64,000 nt of DNA, taken from the NCBI RefSeq assembly GCF_036971445.1, contig NC_091478.1, positions 104,408,001-104,472,000 of the forward strand, written 5' to 3'. A program made the translations under genes and the position numbers. The stretch is from Narcine bancroftii. Taxonomy: Eukaryota. The notes beneath the pieces are model-generated. The model searched no databases, was not told where the DNA came from, and was given only the letters and a program-made list of their open reading frames with translations. Positions 1 through 12,486 of the stretch are shown in pieces. Numbering within the stretch: the stretch's first letter is position 1; every line of letters begins with the position of its first letter.

Positions 1-2044
1 ATTTGTTTCTTGCTCCAGGACTGTAAGAAGACTGTGCTGACCAGCGTCAGCCACTTTGGACTTGCATACCTGGACTGCGTGCCCATCCTCGGAAATATGG
101 CAGAAGGACTGAATGAACTGGCTTCCTCTAAGACAGACCTCCCAACCACCATTGCTCCCCACTCATTGCATTGGTGAAATGGCAACAGGAACTTGCTGTG
201 GCTACTGGCAATATATGTTCTGAGCCTATACCCAGAAGATTCATTTGTGGTTCTTGCACCAAAGTTTGACCTGAATTGCCCTTTCCACTCAGAGAAAACG
301 TGGTCTGGCATACCCTATGTCAAGAGGTAGTAGACCTTGGAAATATTTCCAATGAAAGTAGAACTAAATAATCAATCTTTTCATTTGTTTTTGGGATGGT
401 AGCCCTAAGGAAAATTTGAACGTTCTGGGAAGAGGAAGAGGGATGAAATATTACTGGAAAAAGATGCTCAATATTGGGTTTGTTTTTTACTGAGACAAGT
501 TCTTGAGTTTGACATTAACTTTACTAATTTAATTCCTCCATAACACTATAGCACAGTAAGGTTGCAGGGTTACCCCGACTAACTTGCTTTAATATTTTGC
601 AGATATAAATCAAGAAACCTTCTCTCTTAATAATTCAAACAAAAGAATAGATTTTACGCATTCCTCTTGAAGATTCAACCCAACTGAGAGGGCTTCGAAA
701 TACGAGTCTTTTATTTTTTTTGGGAGGTACTAATTAATATTCTCAGGCAAGACTACAATCATTTCCCAAGTTAACATTTAAAATATTTAGACAAATCATT
801 TCAGAACAAAATATAGTTCATGATCCCCTGGAAATAGGAACTCAATTGTAAGATCTGGAGGTGAATTGCAACTTTCCATGAACTGGTGTTCAAGCTTAAA
901 TTGGTTACACATTGTACCTTTATTCCAATGTGTTATGAAAGTGCCAACTTTGGGTTTGATCCAAGAAAGTTTGGGCTGTGATACTATGGTTACAATATTT
1001 AAATAAAGTCACCCACCCCCACAAAGTTTCCAAGTCGCTTAATGGGCATACAGGAATTGAGAAGCAGAGAAACAAAAGAGAACGAGAAGCAGTGAAGACT
1101 TTTTTAAACATTTATAGGCCGAGAGGAAGAATACATTCCCACAAATTGTCTGCCATGAGTGACGTCCTCCCATAGTTGGCTGCCCTCTGTGGTTTCGACA
1201 ATAACCCAAGAAATCCCTCATTCTATCCATGTGGTCACACTTCAAGACCCCTTCACCATCCCCTAAGACTTCTCGGCATATTCACCCTGTCTATGTCCTC
1301 TCGTAGTTTTATAACCTTCTGGATAGTCACCTCTCAGCTTATTTTGCTTTTAAAATTAACTGCACAGCAGTTGCGTGATGGGCTCAAATTTACCTACTGG
1401 CGGGTGATGTGGTGGAACCTTGCCTAATTTTTAGGAAATTCAAGACAAAATCTCATTTGTTTGCATGTCACTTAAGTCATAAAAGCTACAGACACCAGTC
1501 TTGCTCCTTTCTCAGCCAGAGTGAAGCAACAATGGAAAAATTGGGCATGCTGTAAAGACTGGAGGCCTACTTTTCCAAGCCTTGTCTGCCACAGCAACAT
1601 TCTGGGTTTTAGTGGCTTATAAAAATTGGGTGTATGTTGTGTAAAAGAACCAATGTGTTGTTCAGAAAGCTGTAAAATATAAAGCAATTTTATACCTGCT
1701 GAGTTAAACATATTAAAGTCTGGCGAAAAGAAAAGCAGTGAAGTAGTGAAATTCTGAAATGGTTATGACAGATTTATCAAGGGAAATATTAACATACTGT
1801 TCTTAGGTGTCATTGAAACAGATTTTGGAAATCTAAGTGCATATGTGTGTTATGGAGTCATAGAATTGGTGAACAGTCCAGAAAAAGGCCCTTTAGACAA
1901 ACTTACTCATACTGACCTAGTTTGTCATCTCAGCTAGTCCCATTTGCCTGAAAAATGCCTGTGTTCCTTTGAACCTTTCCAATCTAGTATCTGTCCAAAC
2001 ATCACAATTGTATGATGTAATAGCTATTCCTAAAAAAGTAGCAT

Positions 2045-3310
2045 TCTGAAAACCTGAGGGTCTAAGTCCCCTGATCCTGATGGAATGCAACTCAGGGTAC
2101 TGAAAGAAATGGCAGAAGTTATAAATGAGGCTTTGGTGATATTTTATCAACATTCTCTGGCCTCTACATAGGTCCCGGTGGATTGGAAGACAGCAAATGT
2201 CAAGCCATTATTCAAAAAAAAATGTAAACAAACGGCAAGAAATTATAGGCCAGTTAGTTTAATATCTGTAGTTGGGAAAATGCTTGAACCTATCATTAAC
2301 AAAGAAATAGTGAGGCATCTAGAGCAAAATGGATCCATCTGGCAGATGCAGCGTGGCCTTTACCTTCAGCAAAGATAAATCTTGTTTGACAAATTTACTG
2401 GAGTTCTTTGAGGATTTATCGAGCACGGTAGATAGAGGCGAGCAGATGGACGCTGTTTACTTGGATCTCCCGAAGGTGTTCGATTAGGTGCCGCATTAAA
2501 GGATTATACAGAAGATAGAGATGCATAGAGATGGGGGAGCTGTATTAGCATGGATAGAAGATTGGTTAAACAATAGAAAATAGAGAGTTGGGATATGGGG
2601 GCTTTTCTGGTTGGCAATTAGTGGTGCCACAGAGGTCAGTGCTGGGCCCCCCAGCTGTTCATGATGTACATAAACAATCTGGAAGGGGGACAGAATGTAA
2701 TGTATCTAAGTTTGCTGACGACACTAAATTGAGTGGAAAAGCAAATTGTGCAGAGGATACGGAGAGTTAAATGAGTGAACAAGGGTCTGGCAAATTGAGG
2801 GCAATGTTGGGAAATGTGAGGTTGTCCACTTTGGAAAGAAAAGTGGTAGATCAGAGTATTATTTAAATGGAAAGCGATTGCAGCGTGGTGCCATGTAGAA
2901 GGACTTGGCAGTGCTTGTGCATGAATCGCAAAAGGTTGGTTTGCAGGTGCAGGCTATCAAGATGGCAAATGGAATGTTGGCCTTCATTGCGGGAGGGATT
3001 AAAATTAGGAGCAGGGAGGTTAAGCTCCATCTGTACAAGGTACTGGTGGGGATGCATCTGGAGAACTGCATGCAGTTTGGGTCTTCTTACTTGAAGCAGG
3101 ATGACTTTGGAGGAGGTTTACCAAGTTGATCCCAGAGTTGACGGGCTTAACCTATAAAGAGACAATGAGTCACTTGGGACTGTATTCACTGGAATTTAGA
3201 AGAATGAGAGAGGATCTTATAGAAACATATAAAATTATGAAAAGCATAGAAAAGATAGAGATAGGTAAGTTGTTTCAATTGGTGGGGGAGACCAGAACTA
3301 GGGGATATCC
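2045..3310 (+). mobile_element. CR1-clade LINE, 5'-truncated and degenerate ORF2 (RT domain to C-terminus)
   Basis: Frame fragments KSP.PDGM..RVLKE, DWKTANVKPLFKK..NYRPVSLISVVGKMLE, SKFADDTKL, LYSLEFRRMREDLIETYKIM; many stops and frameshifts. Confidence 0.93.
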
Positions 3311-3459
3311 CACAGTCAACCCAGGTGAGTTCCAAAAGATCTACTCACTTTGATTCATTATATTTCTTTCTGCTCATAAGCCCTTTCTATTCAGATAATC
3401 TATGAGGACATACTGTCACAGTTCTTTTCTGAAGAACATGTCCTTGGGTTGGAATAAAA

Positions 3460-3725
3460 ACACACAATGCAGGTGAAACTCAGTATCCTCTATATAGCAA
3501 AGGTAAAAATACAGAACCAACATTTCGGGCTTGAGCCCTTCATCAAGGTATTGAAAAATGTTGCCAGCCATCCATGCAAAAGAGTAAGGGAGGGGGAGGG
3601 AAGGTGTGGTTGCAAAGGCAGAAGGTGATAGGTGGAGAAGGGAGGGAGGGGACAGCAGCGATAAATGAGAGGAGGGATGGCTGGGTGAAGGGTGGGGGAA
3701 GGGAGGGCGTGAGAATTTTGGCAAC
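3460..3725 (-). mobile_element. Penelope-like element 3' tail with hammerhead-like core
   Basis: Minus strand TTGATGA-A-GGGC-TCAA-GCCC-GAAA at 3523-3546; similar to the tails at 12200-12486 and 45665-45800. Confidence 0.7.
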
Positions 3726-5498
3726 AAAAAAATCCAGTGGTTTGATTCTTTTCATCATTTGGCACCATTATCTGAGAGAGGAACATTTTAGTGGATCAAA
3801 TGCTAATTTAAAAAAATCTTATCAGCTGGTACAAAAGTAGACCTTGGTGTTTTTTAAACAACAATGTTTGAAACATCTGTGAAAAGTTTAACAGAAATTA
3901 ACATAATTACTCACCTTGTGGTTGTTTACACCGCACACCTTAAGTTCCTGTGTGTGTGTTAGTCCCAGTGTTTTTACATGGAGTAACGTGGCCTGAGTCA
4001 TCAGCTGGACGTCGAATTCAGCTTCCCCTGAAAAGTAGTCGGGGGTCCTGCAGGAATTGACTAAAAATTCCTGCACTTTCCTTTTAGACTCCCCATGTAA
4101 AGGCACATTTCGTTGAATGTGCTGTGACATGCCTACAGTCTAAAAAGCCCAAGAATCTTATCTAGTCTTGATGTAAAATGAACGAAGCTGTTTTTGGTTA
4201 ATATTGGTGATAAGATATCGAAGCATCCTGATAACAGGATGAAATAAAAACAGAAAATATTCAGAGTTCAGGCTGTGTGGAGAGCAGAAGAGAGTCATGT
4301 TTTAGACTGCTGATCATCTAAGGAAACTGAGAAAAGCAAGAAAACAGATATGAATGATGTTGTGAAGAGCAGAGGAAGCAAAGGAACTGTGTGTGGTGAG
4401 GGAGAGACCAAATGCGTGACTCAGATAGATGCTAACTGAAAGAGGGCAAATTAGACTTGCTAATGGACCTCATCTGTCTGGAGGAGGTGTACATCTCCAG
4501 AGAAGAGAGGGGTGTGAAGCAAAAAGATGCAGTGGAATTGTGAGATAAAGTAACCGGCAAATGTAAGATTAAGGAGTAAAGTAAAGCTCAAATGGATAAA
4601 GCAGCACCTACGCAGGAAACTCCGAGTTACATCAGAACTGGCTGGTGACTGAAAATCAAAACGCTGCAGATTCTGGAAATATGAAACAAAAACAGGGAAT
4701 ACTAGAGGCAGTCAGCAGGCCAGGCAGCATCTGTGGGAAAACAAAAGACTCCACGGAAAGCAAACTCAAGCATACAGCCCACTAAACGTTGGGGAAGCTT
4801 GGCAGAGGGGGTGGATCTGTTGTACATTTCATATTTCTTAACATTTACAACTGTTTTCCAGCAAACTTTACATTTTTATCAACATACTACAAGTATTTAG
4901 CTTTCTTAATATGTTTAATTTTCTTTACCTTTTTTTCAATCTTTTTATTAATCATATTATAGGTAAACAGGACATGAGGAGAATAGGCGCACATCATCAA
5001 GAAGGGAAAATATCACTCTATGACATCATATAATATAATATATTGCATTACAGCACAATTAACAAATATGTTCTCATCTCCTCAAACTGAAATCTTCCAA
5101 AAAAAAGAAAAAAATCTATTATATAAAATGTAAAAGTACTCCGCTGACAGGTAGAGAAGAATGGTATTCAAGATTCAGGTCACTAACCTTTCATCAAACA
5201 TCATTATTGCAATTATTCCTGAAAGAGATCAGGCAGTGGACTAGCAACAATTCAAAAAAGATAATACAATAGATTCTGGATAGCTATAATTAAGAAAGAA
5301 ACAGGTCCTTCTGCCCAATTCACACATGCTGACAAAACTGCTTACCTTAATTAGAATACAGATACTATTCATTGCATGTAATACAACAGAAATGTAATTG
5401 CCTTTACTCTGTCATTTGGCAGACAAAGATTCACCATTAGTATTGCTTTGCTGCCTCTTACGGTCAGAGAAAGAGAAGCAAAAGAGTCCCCCTAAGAG

Positions 5499-5739
5499 CA
5501 GTGGTTTTCAAACTTTTTCTTTTCACTCACATACTATCTCTGCCATAAATGCTCTGTGGTTAGTAAAAGGATTATGTCAAGTGGTATGTGAGTGGAAAGA
5601 AAAAGTTTGAAAACCTCTGTTTTAATCATCCCTCATTGACTCGTTATGTGCACGGTTTCAGAACTCCAAAGGAAATGGGCCAATGACAATTTTTCTCAAG
5701 CAAAATATTTCAGTAACAATTGGGTCTAGAGCAGTGATT
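5499..5739 (-). mobile_element. Composite hAT (Charlie/Buster-type) MITE, truncated copy in reverse orientation
   Basis: CAGTGGTTTTCAAAC terminus, one palindromic unit, then the reverse complement of the spacer found at 8640-8740 and 34731-34842, ending GTCTAGAG-CAGTGATT. Confidence 0.85.
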
Positions 5740-5929
5740 TAGTTGAAATACAACTCATGGCCCATAACAAGACACTCATTAGTTAGTAATGTTCATGTCC
5801 TCTGAACAAATAAATAAAACTGTGTGCTGATTTTTATTGAAATTCATTTCCTTCTTAATACAGTAATGTGGTAAGTCATCTTTTCTGTATAAATTCAATG
5901 CTTTATTTAGAGATTTCCTCTTTGGAGTG

Positions 5930-6300
5930 AAAAAGGATGAGAGGTGACCTAATAGAGGCCTGGAAGATGAGAGACAGAGATGAGTGGACATTCGGCACCT
6001 TTATTCTGGGGTGAGACTAGCAAACTCAAGAGAAAATCTGTACAAGATGAGGGGAGGAAAGTTTAGCGAAGACATCAGGGGTACATTTTTTACACAGAGA
6101 GTATTGGGTGCCTGGAAAGCATTGCCAAGGGTGTTGATGGAAGCACGTACAACAGGGACATTTGAAAGGCTTAGACAAGTGGATGCAAAAAAAAAATAGA
6201 GGGTTATAGGTGTGAGATTTAGTTTATTGAGTACATTTATATAAGTCGGCACAACATCATGGGCCGAAGGGCCTGTACTGTGCTGCAATGATCTGCATTC
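5930..6300 (+). mobile_element. CR1 LINE 3' end
   Basis: ORF 5984-6199 RGTFFTQRVLGAWKALP..MEA.T..TF; 3' tail ggccgaagggcctgtactgtgctg. Confidence 0.88.
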
Positions 6301-7244
6301 AATGTTCCCTCTCAGTCATTCCAGTCTTTGACCAAATATCAAATAAAATGTAATGATACTTCAACCACCCAAAACCAAAAAATCAAATGCAATTCACTGT
6401 TTCAATTTTGGTTCTGTTCTCAAGGTGAAGACTCATGGCAAGAGATGGCTCACCGTTACTTATCCTGTCTCTCCAGAAAGTGGTAATGTAACTGGGGATA
6501 GGTTTCCAGGTGAGTGGCAACATGTTTACACTTCCTTTCCTGATGTCCAGAGGTCAGACCTGACTCTGATAAAAGCACCGTTAATGCCAAATCTCCAATT
6601 AAAGTGACTGTTATATACTGACTGAAGTGTAAATAAATGTTTTGTTTTTCATTTGGATGCAATGCAATTATAATAGATTAATCTGCATTTCTAATAACAT
6701 GATCTCACTGGTAATATCCTGCATTCACCCATTAAGCTGTCTGAAAAAAATTAAAGGTTTAAACTTCTCTTTAAAGCCAAATCAAACATCACCCTTGCAA
6801 TGCTATTGAATGACTGGAACTGAAACATTTTCATTGAACATCTGTGCAACATTATGACTCACCATTTGGATATTTGACACTTCCTACTCACTCACATTGT
6901 TCTTTCAGAGTGGTTGAGATCTTTGCTCATTGTTTGAATATTAATATTTTCATGTGGTTCCATTAATTGATCTTTATTTTAGCAAAGCATGCTAATGTTC
7001 TTGGACAATGATCAAAATAATTCTGGTAGAGTTGTCACTGGAGGTTCAATCACTTTAACTCACCAAAAATGCCGTGTGGTTTGGCAGTCCTGCAATCAAA
7101 CCAGAGCAAGTTCATCTCCCATTCTTCTATATCCCCTTCCCAAGAGAGCAGTAGAAACACACCTTCCTCTTCTAATGCTCCATGCCGGTGGCAAATTAGA
7201 ATTCAAACTAGGCTTGGCAATAACAAACTAGACAAGACGTAAAC

Positions 7245-8030
7245 AGTGTCAGTGTGGGTGTCCTCCAGGTGCTTTGGTTTCCTCCCACCCTTCAAAACTT
7301 AGAAGGGTGTTGTTTTCAAGAATAGGTTGGATGGATTCAAAGAGAATCAAGGCTGAATATGTGTTATTAACAAACAGTGGGCTTTATTTACACAAAGAGG
7401 AATTCACAAAACGGCAGACACTCACACAGATCAACCTGGAATAATACACAAATAATTACACACCAAGTGTGAATAAATCACTACTAAATATTCTCAACTC
7501 CCAATTGGGAACATGAGGGTTAAACACACAGTGTTGTCAACTCTCTCTATCTCTAACAGGTACAGCATTCTAGCAAACAGTAAATTAATTACAACTAACA
7601 ATGATATCGAATGAGCCTGGTCTCCAGCATTGCCCACGGCTCAGGATCCTGGATGGTCCCATTGCATTCTGCCCTTGTCCTGCAGACTGGAGTTCAGTGA
7701 TGGTCTCCATACAGCAACAAACAAAGAGAGAGACTGCATGTGCTTGGCTTTTTCAATGTGAGACGCATCCACGTGACCTGTGAGGACCAATCGTGTGTCA
7801 GTCTCACCTGTGGGCAGATCTAACCCTCGACTTGTAGGTGAGGTAAATTCCGACTAGCCTCCAGCCAGAGAGGTCACATGATTCTCCGCAATCCACATTG
7901 CCACCAGATTCCAGGTAGAGAAGCCACAATACCCTCCACAATCCACACTACAGGAGGTTACAGATCAATTGGGTGGCACTGGCTCGTGGGCCAAAAGGGC
8001 CTGTTACTGAGCTGCATGTCTAAATGTTTT
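7245..8030 (+). mobile_element. HE1/V-SINE-like SINE split by an LTR insertion (SINE halves ~7245-7307 and ~7953-8030)
   Basis: gtgtgggtgtcctccaggtgctttggtttcctcccacc resumes after the insert as ...gatcaattggg...gggccaaaagggcctgttactg, collinear with the intact SINE at 59476. Confidence 0.75.
7308..7952 (-). mobile_element. Solo LTR (probably Gypsy) inserted in a SINE
   Basis: TGTTG...CTACA termini; interrupts a recognisable SINE; TSD degenerate within a G-run. Confidence 0.65.
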
Positions 8031-8518
8031 TTTTTAATTTAAAATGTAAAAAATTTGCTTAATGACACAACACTTAAAACTGTCTCTAAATTAAATTTAT
8101 AAGTGATTATTATGCCATATGATGATATGCAAACTATGTTTCAGAATACCAACTGCTATTCCTGCAAGTCGAATTATATGTATTTTAAGCAATTTTCCAC
8201 ACTGGTTCTTAAACATTAATAGAAAGCTTGAACAGGGTAGATACAGAGAAATTTTTATTGTGAAGGAGACCAGAACTGAGAAGTATGAATATAAGCAGGT
8301 CATTACTCATGGCAATAAGGTATGCAGAATAAATTTGGAGATGTGGTTCTGACGTAGAACTTGCATCTTACATCAAGCAGCTGAAGCCAACAGCATAGAT
8401 GCAATTACAAGGAAGCCATAAAACTGCTTGAGATACAAGATAAAGAATAATAACCTGCATTAATCCATCAGGTTCAAGATTTTCATGGTGTCAGACCAGC
8501 TGAGATGAAAGTGTATCT

Positions 8519-8872
8519 CAGTGGTTTTCAAACTTTTTCTTTCCACACACATATCACCTTAAGAAATCCCTATGCCATCGATACTCTGGGATTGCTTAAG
8601 GCGGTCTGCGAGTGGGAAGGGAAGGTTGAGAATCACCCAATTGTTACTGAAATATTTTGCTTCAGAAAAATTGTCATTGGCCCATTTCCTTAGGAGTTAT
8701 GAAACCGTGCACATAATGAGTCAATGAGGTACAAATAAAATAGTGGTCTTCAAATGTTTTCTTTCCACCCACATACCACCTTAAGCAATCCCTTACTAAT
8801 CACAGAGCACCTATGGTATAGGGATTACTTAAGGTGGTATGCGAGTGGAAAGAAAAAGTTTGAAAACCACTG
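8519..8872 (+). mobile_element. Composite hAT MITE, full length
   Basis: TIR CAGTGGTTTTCAAAC/GTTTGAAAACCACTG; 8-bp TSD GTGTATCT (8511-8518)/GTGTAGCT (8873-8880); two palindromic units around a spacer. Confidence 0.92.
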
Positions 8873-10453
8873 GTGTAGCTGAACCCAAGAATAGCTCTGC
8901 CAATGTTATTTTGTTGTAAAGCAGACTCGAGAGGACTCCTACACCTATTTCCCATGCTCTCATGAAATATTCATCTTCTGAAGCTAGTTCTGCCTTCAAT
9001 AAGCTCATGACTGATCTTCCCTCTCAACCCCGGTGGCCCACAAAGTGCCAAATTCTATATTTCGCTTCATGGTTTCCAGTATCCATGTGGCCTGGGTCTC
9101 TTTTGGTACTGGTTCTTTGCTGTACCAGCCATTCTCAACGTTTTCTTGGCTATAGCTCCCTTTGGACTCTGCTCAATATTTATACGCCCCTTCCCCGTGA
9201 AGCAGTCAAGTTTTGGCTTCTTCTGCACTTCTACCAACTAGATAAAAAGCACAGAAAATATTTGTTACATGAGGTGAAAGGAAAACAAGGCATTGACGTA
9301 AATGTGATGTGGCCCCCAAGGGAGCTGTGGTGCCTCCCTTGAGAATGGATGGTTTTCAGTCATCTGGGTAATAATGCATTTATTCTCATCTTCTCTTGTG
9401 GCTATTGCACCCATGCAATAGGTTAATTAGAGATAAATTAAATTGCTGTGTTCAATAATATCCTGTCTCCACAAATGGAATCCATAAAATAAGATGAAAT
9501 TTTTAACTGTGTGGATAAGGAATTCTGGGGAAATTTCCTATTTCATGTTCAGCTGCATAACTTAACTATCCTGTGAGATACTTTTCATTCCCATGGCTGC
9601 ACAGAAGAATGTAAGGCTGACTACTTTTAAGGAGGGTCAAGGTACATTAAACATAAACATAGAATGCCTGGTGAGGAGAGAGCCCCCTTCAGTACCCCAA
9701 CAGCTGCATGTAAAATAGTCCATTTAGCCTTTAGTTGCTTTGAAGTGAGCACAGGGTCAGTGAACCAAGGACACTGCCTTACTTTCTACAATTTTAATTT
9801 TATTCTTTTTATGTTATTGTTGTGAGATGGTTACGATGTGAATGTTTACTCTCTGACGCTCCTGCAAATACCAAATTTCAGGACTTGTTCATGACAATAA
9901 ATCCTGATTCTGACTCTGAGGGGCTGGATTGGATTATCCAAATCTATAGCAGTGAGAACATTTACAGTCCATTAACCTTGGCTGAATTTGGGTGTAGATT
10001 CTGGAGGTGAAGCTCTCGATTAAATACTAAAATGGAATAGTCTGCCGATATTCTTGCCTTTGTTTCTGAGTTTAGTATGTCACAAAGGGCTTTAAACACC
10101 AATGAACTTCGTTTGATGAGTGCCCCCATGTTATGCAAGAAAGGTCATTCAGATTGTGTGCAGTAAGGATGGACAAATTACAGAGTTATGTTGATCAAAT
10201 GCAAGGTGAGATATAAATATTGGTCAGGATACTTTGGTAAACTTGTCTGTTTTCCTTTGTTATGGAATGCAGAAGTGAATTTTGTGAAAACTAACAGGGT
10301 CTCAGATCAAGATCTCAGGTGAAAAATGAAAATCTGGGCAGAGATTATATGCTTTTACCTAATATATAATGTTAAAGCGGGAAATCTCTCCTCTGTGTTG
10401 CTTGACTCTTCGAAGCATAAATGATTCTGAGATCTGCAGGACCCAGGGATATA

Positions 10454-12486
10454 TTAAAATGCTGAAGGAACTAAACCCGACTTTTCAGCATCTTTAGGAG
10501 ACAAAGAAAATATGGCCGACATTTCAGGCCTGAACCCTCCTTTAAGGAGAAATCAGAAAAGGCAGGAGCAGGATGTATCAGAAAGTCTCAAAATTCAAAC
10601 AATGGGGGAAGAATCCAGTCCAACAAAAGGGGTTAATTGGATAGGATAAGAGACTACATGAGAATTTATCATGTCTGTGCAAAAGGAGACTGGAAAAAGA
10701 GAGACAATGGGGTGGGGGGAGGGGGAAGAACCACCCTGGCATAATTTCCAAACTTATTGTTTTCCAACCCCGAACCACCCATTTCTACCTCATTCCAAAG
10801 TTCCACAAACTCGATTGTCCCAGCAGACCATCGTGTCTGTGTCCTCATGCCCCACCAAATTGCTTATCTTCACTCTATTTGTCCCTGCTGGTCCAGTCCT
10901 TCCCCACCTATATCCAGGACACACTTCACACACCCTCCATCATTTCAACCAATTTCATTTTACTGAACTCGATTGCTTCATATTTATCATGAATATCCAA
11001 ACCCCATATACTTCTATTCCCCATACTGAAGGCTTCAAAGCCCTTTGTTTCTTTCTGGCTTTCTGGACAATAGAAGCATCCAGTCCCCCTCCACCACCAC
11101 CCTCCTCCCCCTGGCAGAGCTTGTCCTCACTCTCAATAATTTCTCATGGGTACTCACACGGGCTCCAGCTATACCTGCCTTAGCTATGCGGAGTAATCCA
11201 TGATGCAAGCCTACACAGACAAGGCACCTCAATTTTTCCTTCACTACCTCAATGAGTTCTTTGGAGCTGCCTCATGTACCCATGATGAACTCATTGACTT
11301 CATCCACGTTGCTGCCAACTTCCACCCTGACCCCAAATTCATTTGATCTCTCTGTCTCCATCTCAGGAGACAAACTCTCAACGGACATCTTCTATAAACC
11401 CACCAACTCCCACAGCTACCTCGATTACACCTCTTCACATCCTGTAAGGATTCCATTCTATTCTCTTAATTCCTCTGTCACTGTGGCATCTGCTCTCAGG
11501 AAGAGGACTTCCATACCAGATCATCAGAGATGTCCTCCTTCTTCAAACAACGTGGCTTTTCCTCGACCACCATCAACTCGGCCCTCAGTCGCATATCCTC
11601 CATTACCCACACACCTGCCCTGGCACCCTCCACCACAAGGACAGGAAGCCCCTTTGTCCTCACCTACCTCCCCACCAGCTCCATATCTAATACATTCTAC
11701 ATGATCCCACCACTAGACACATAACATATTTCCCTCTACTCCTCTCCTCTCTGTGACTCCCTTGTCCATTCCTCCCTCCCCACCAATCCTCCCCTTGGGA
11801 TCTACCCCTCATGTTCCAGGAGATGATCCACCTCCTCCCTCTGCTCCATTCGAAGCCCCAAACAGTCTTTCCAAATGAAGTAACATTAAATTCATTGATC
11901 TGCTGGGGTCATCGACTGCATCTGGTGCTCCTGTTGTTGTCTCCTCTACATCGGAGAGACTGGATGCAAACTGGGAAATGGCTTTGTTGAAAGACTCAGC
12001 TCTATCCATCACAGCAGCGTGGATCTCCCAGTGGCCGCCCATTTCAATTCTCCATCCCAATCCCTTGCTGACATATCTGTCCATGATCTTCTGCACCACC
12101 AGACTGAGACCACTGGGCACCCTCTAACTGGATGGCATTAATATCGACTCCTCTGATTTTCATTAGAAGCCCCCACCCCCACCCTCTTCTCCCTCTCACC
12201 CCATCCCCCGGCTGTCATCTCTTCTGTCCCTGTCTCCTTTCACACAGACATGATAAATTCTCAAGTAGCCCTTTATCGTATCCAATTAACATCTTTTGTT
12301 GGTCTGGATTCCTCTCCTCTTGTTTGAATTCTGCCTTTTCTGATTTTTCCTTTAAGAAGGGCTCCGGACCAAAACATCAGCCATGTATCTTTGTCACCGA
12401 TAGATACCGAAAAGACTGGCAGAGTTCCTCCAGAATTTTGGTGTGTTTACTACAATCACAACGCCTGCAACCTATCGTGTTTCGCC
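10454..12486 (+). mobile_element. Penelope-like retroelement (RT + GIY-YIG endonuclease remnants) with an inverted tail copy at the 5' end
   Basis: YTSIPHTEGFKAL, DKLSTDIFYKPTNSHSYLDYTSSHP, GVI.CI..S.C.LLYIGET (~11905-11960); 10454-10720 is the reverse complement of ~12200-12450; flanking direct repeat CAGGACCCAGG(G/A)ATA(T/C)A at 10437-10453 and 12487-12503. Confidence 0.9.

Noticed and set aside
400-1430. Possible L1/Tx1 remnant
   Set aside because: Composition is suggestive but I could not anchor a diagnostic motif.
8962-9342. 126-aa ORF
   Set aside because: No domain, no splice context and composition typical of a random ORF.
10671-11704. Longest ORFs (170 and 150 aa) as host genes
   Set aside because: Frame-shifted pieces of the Penelope-like RT.
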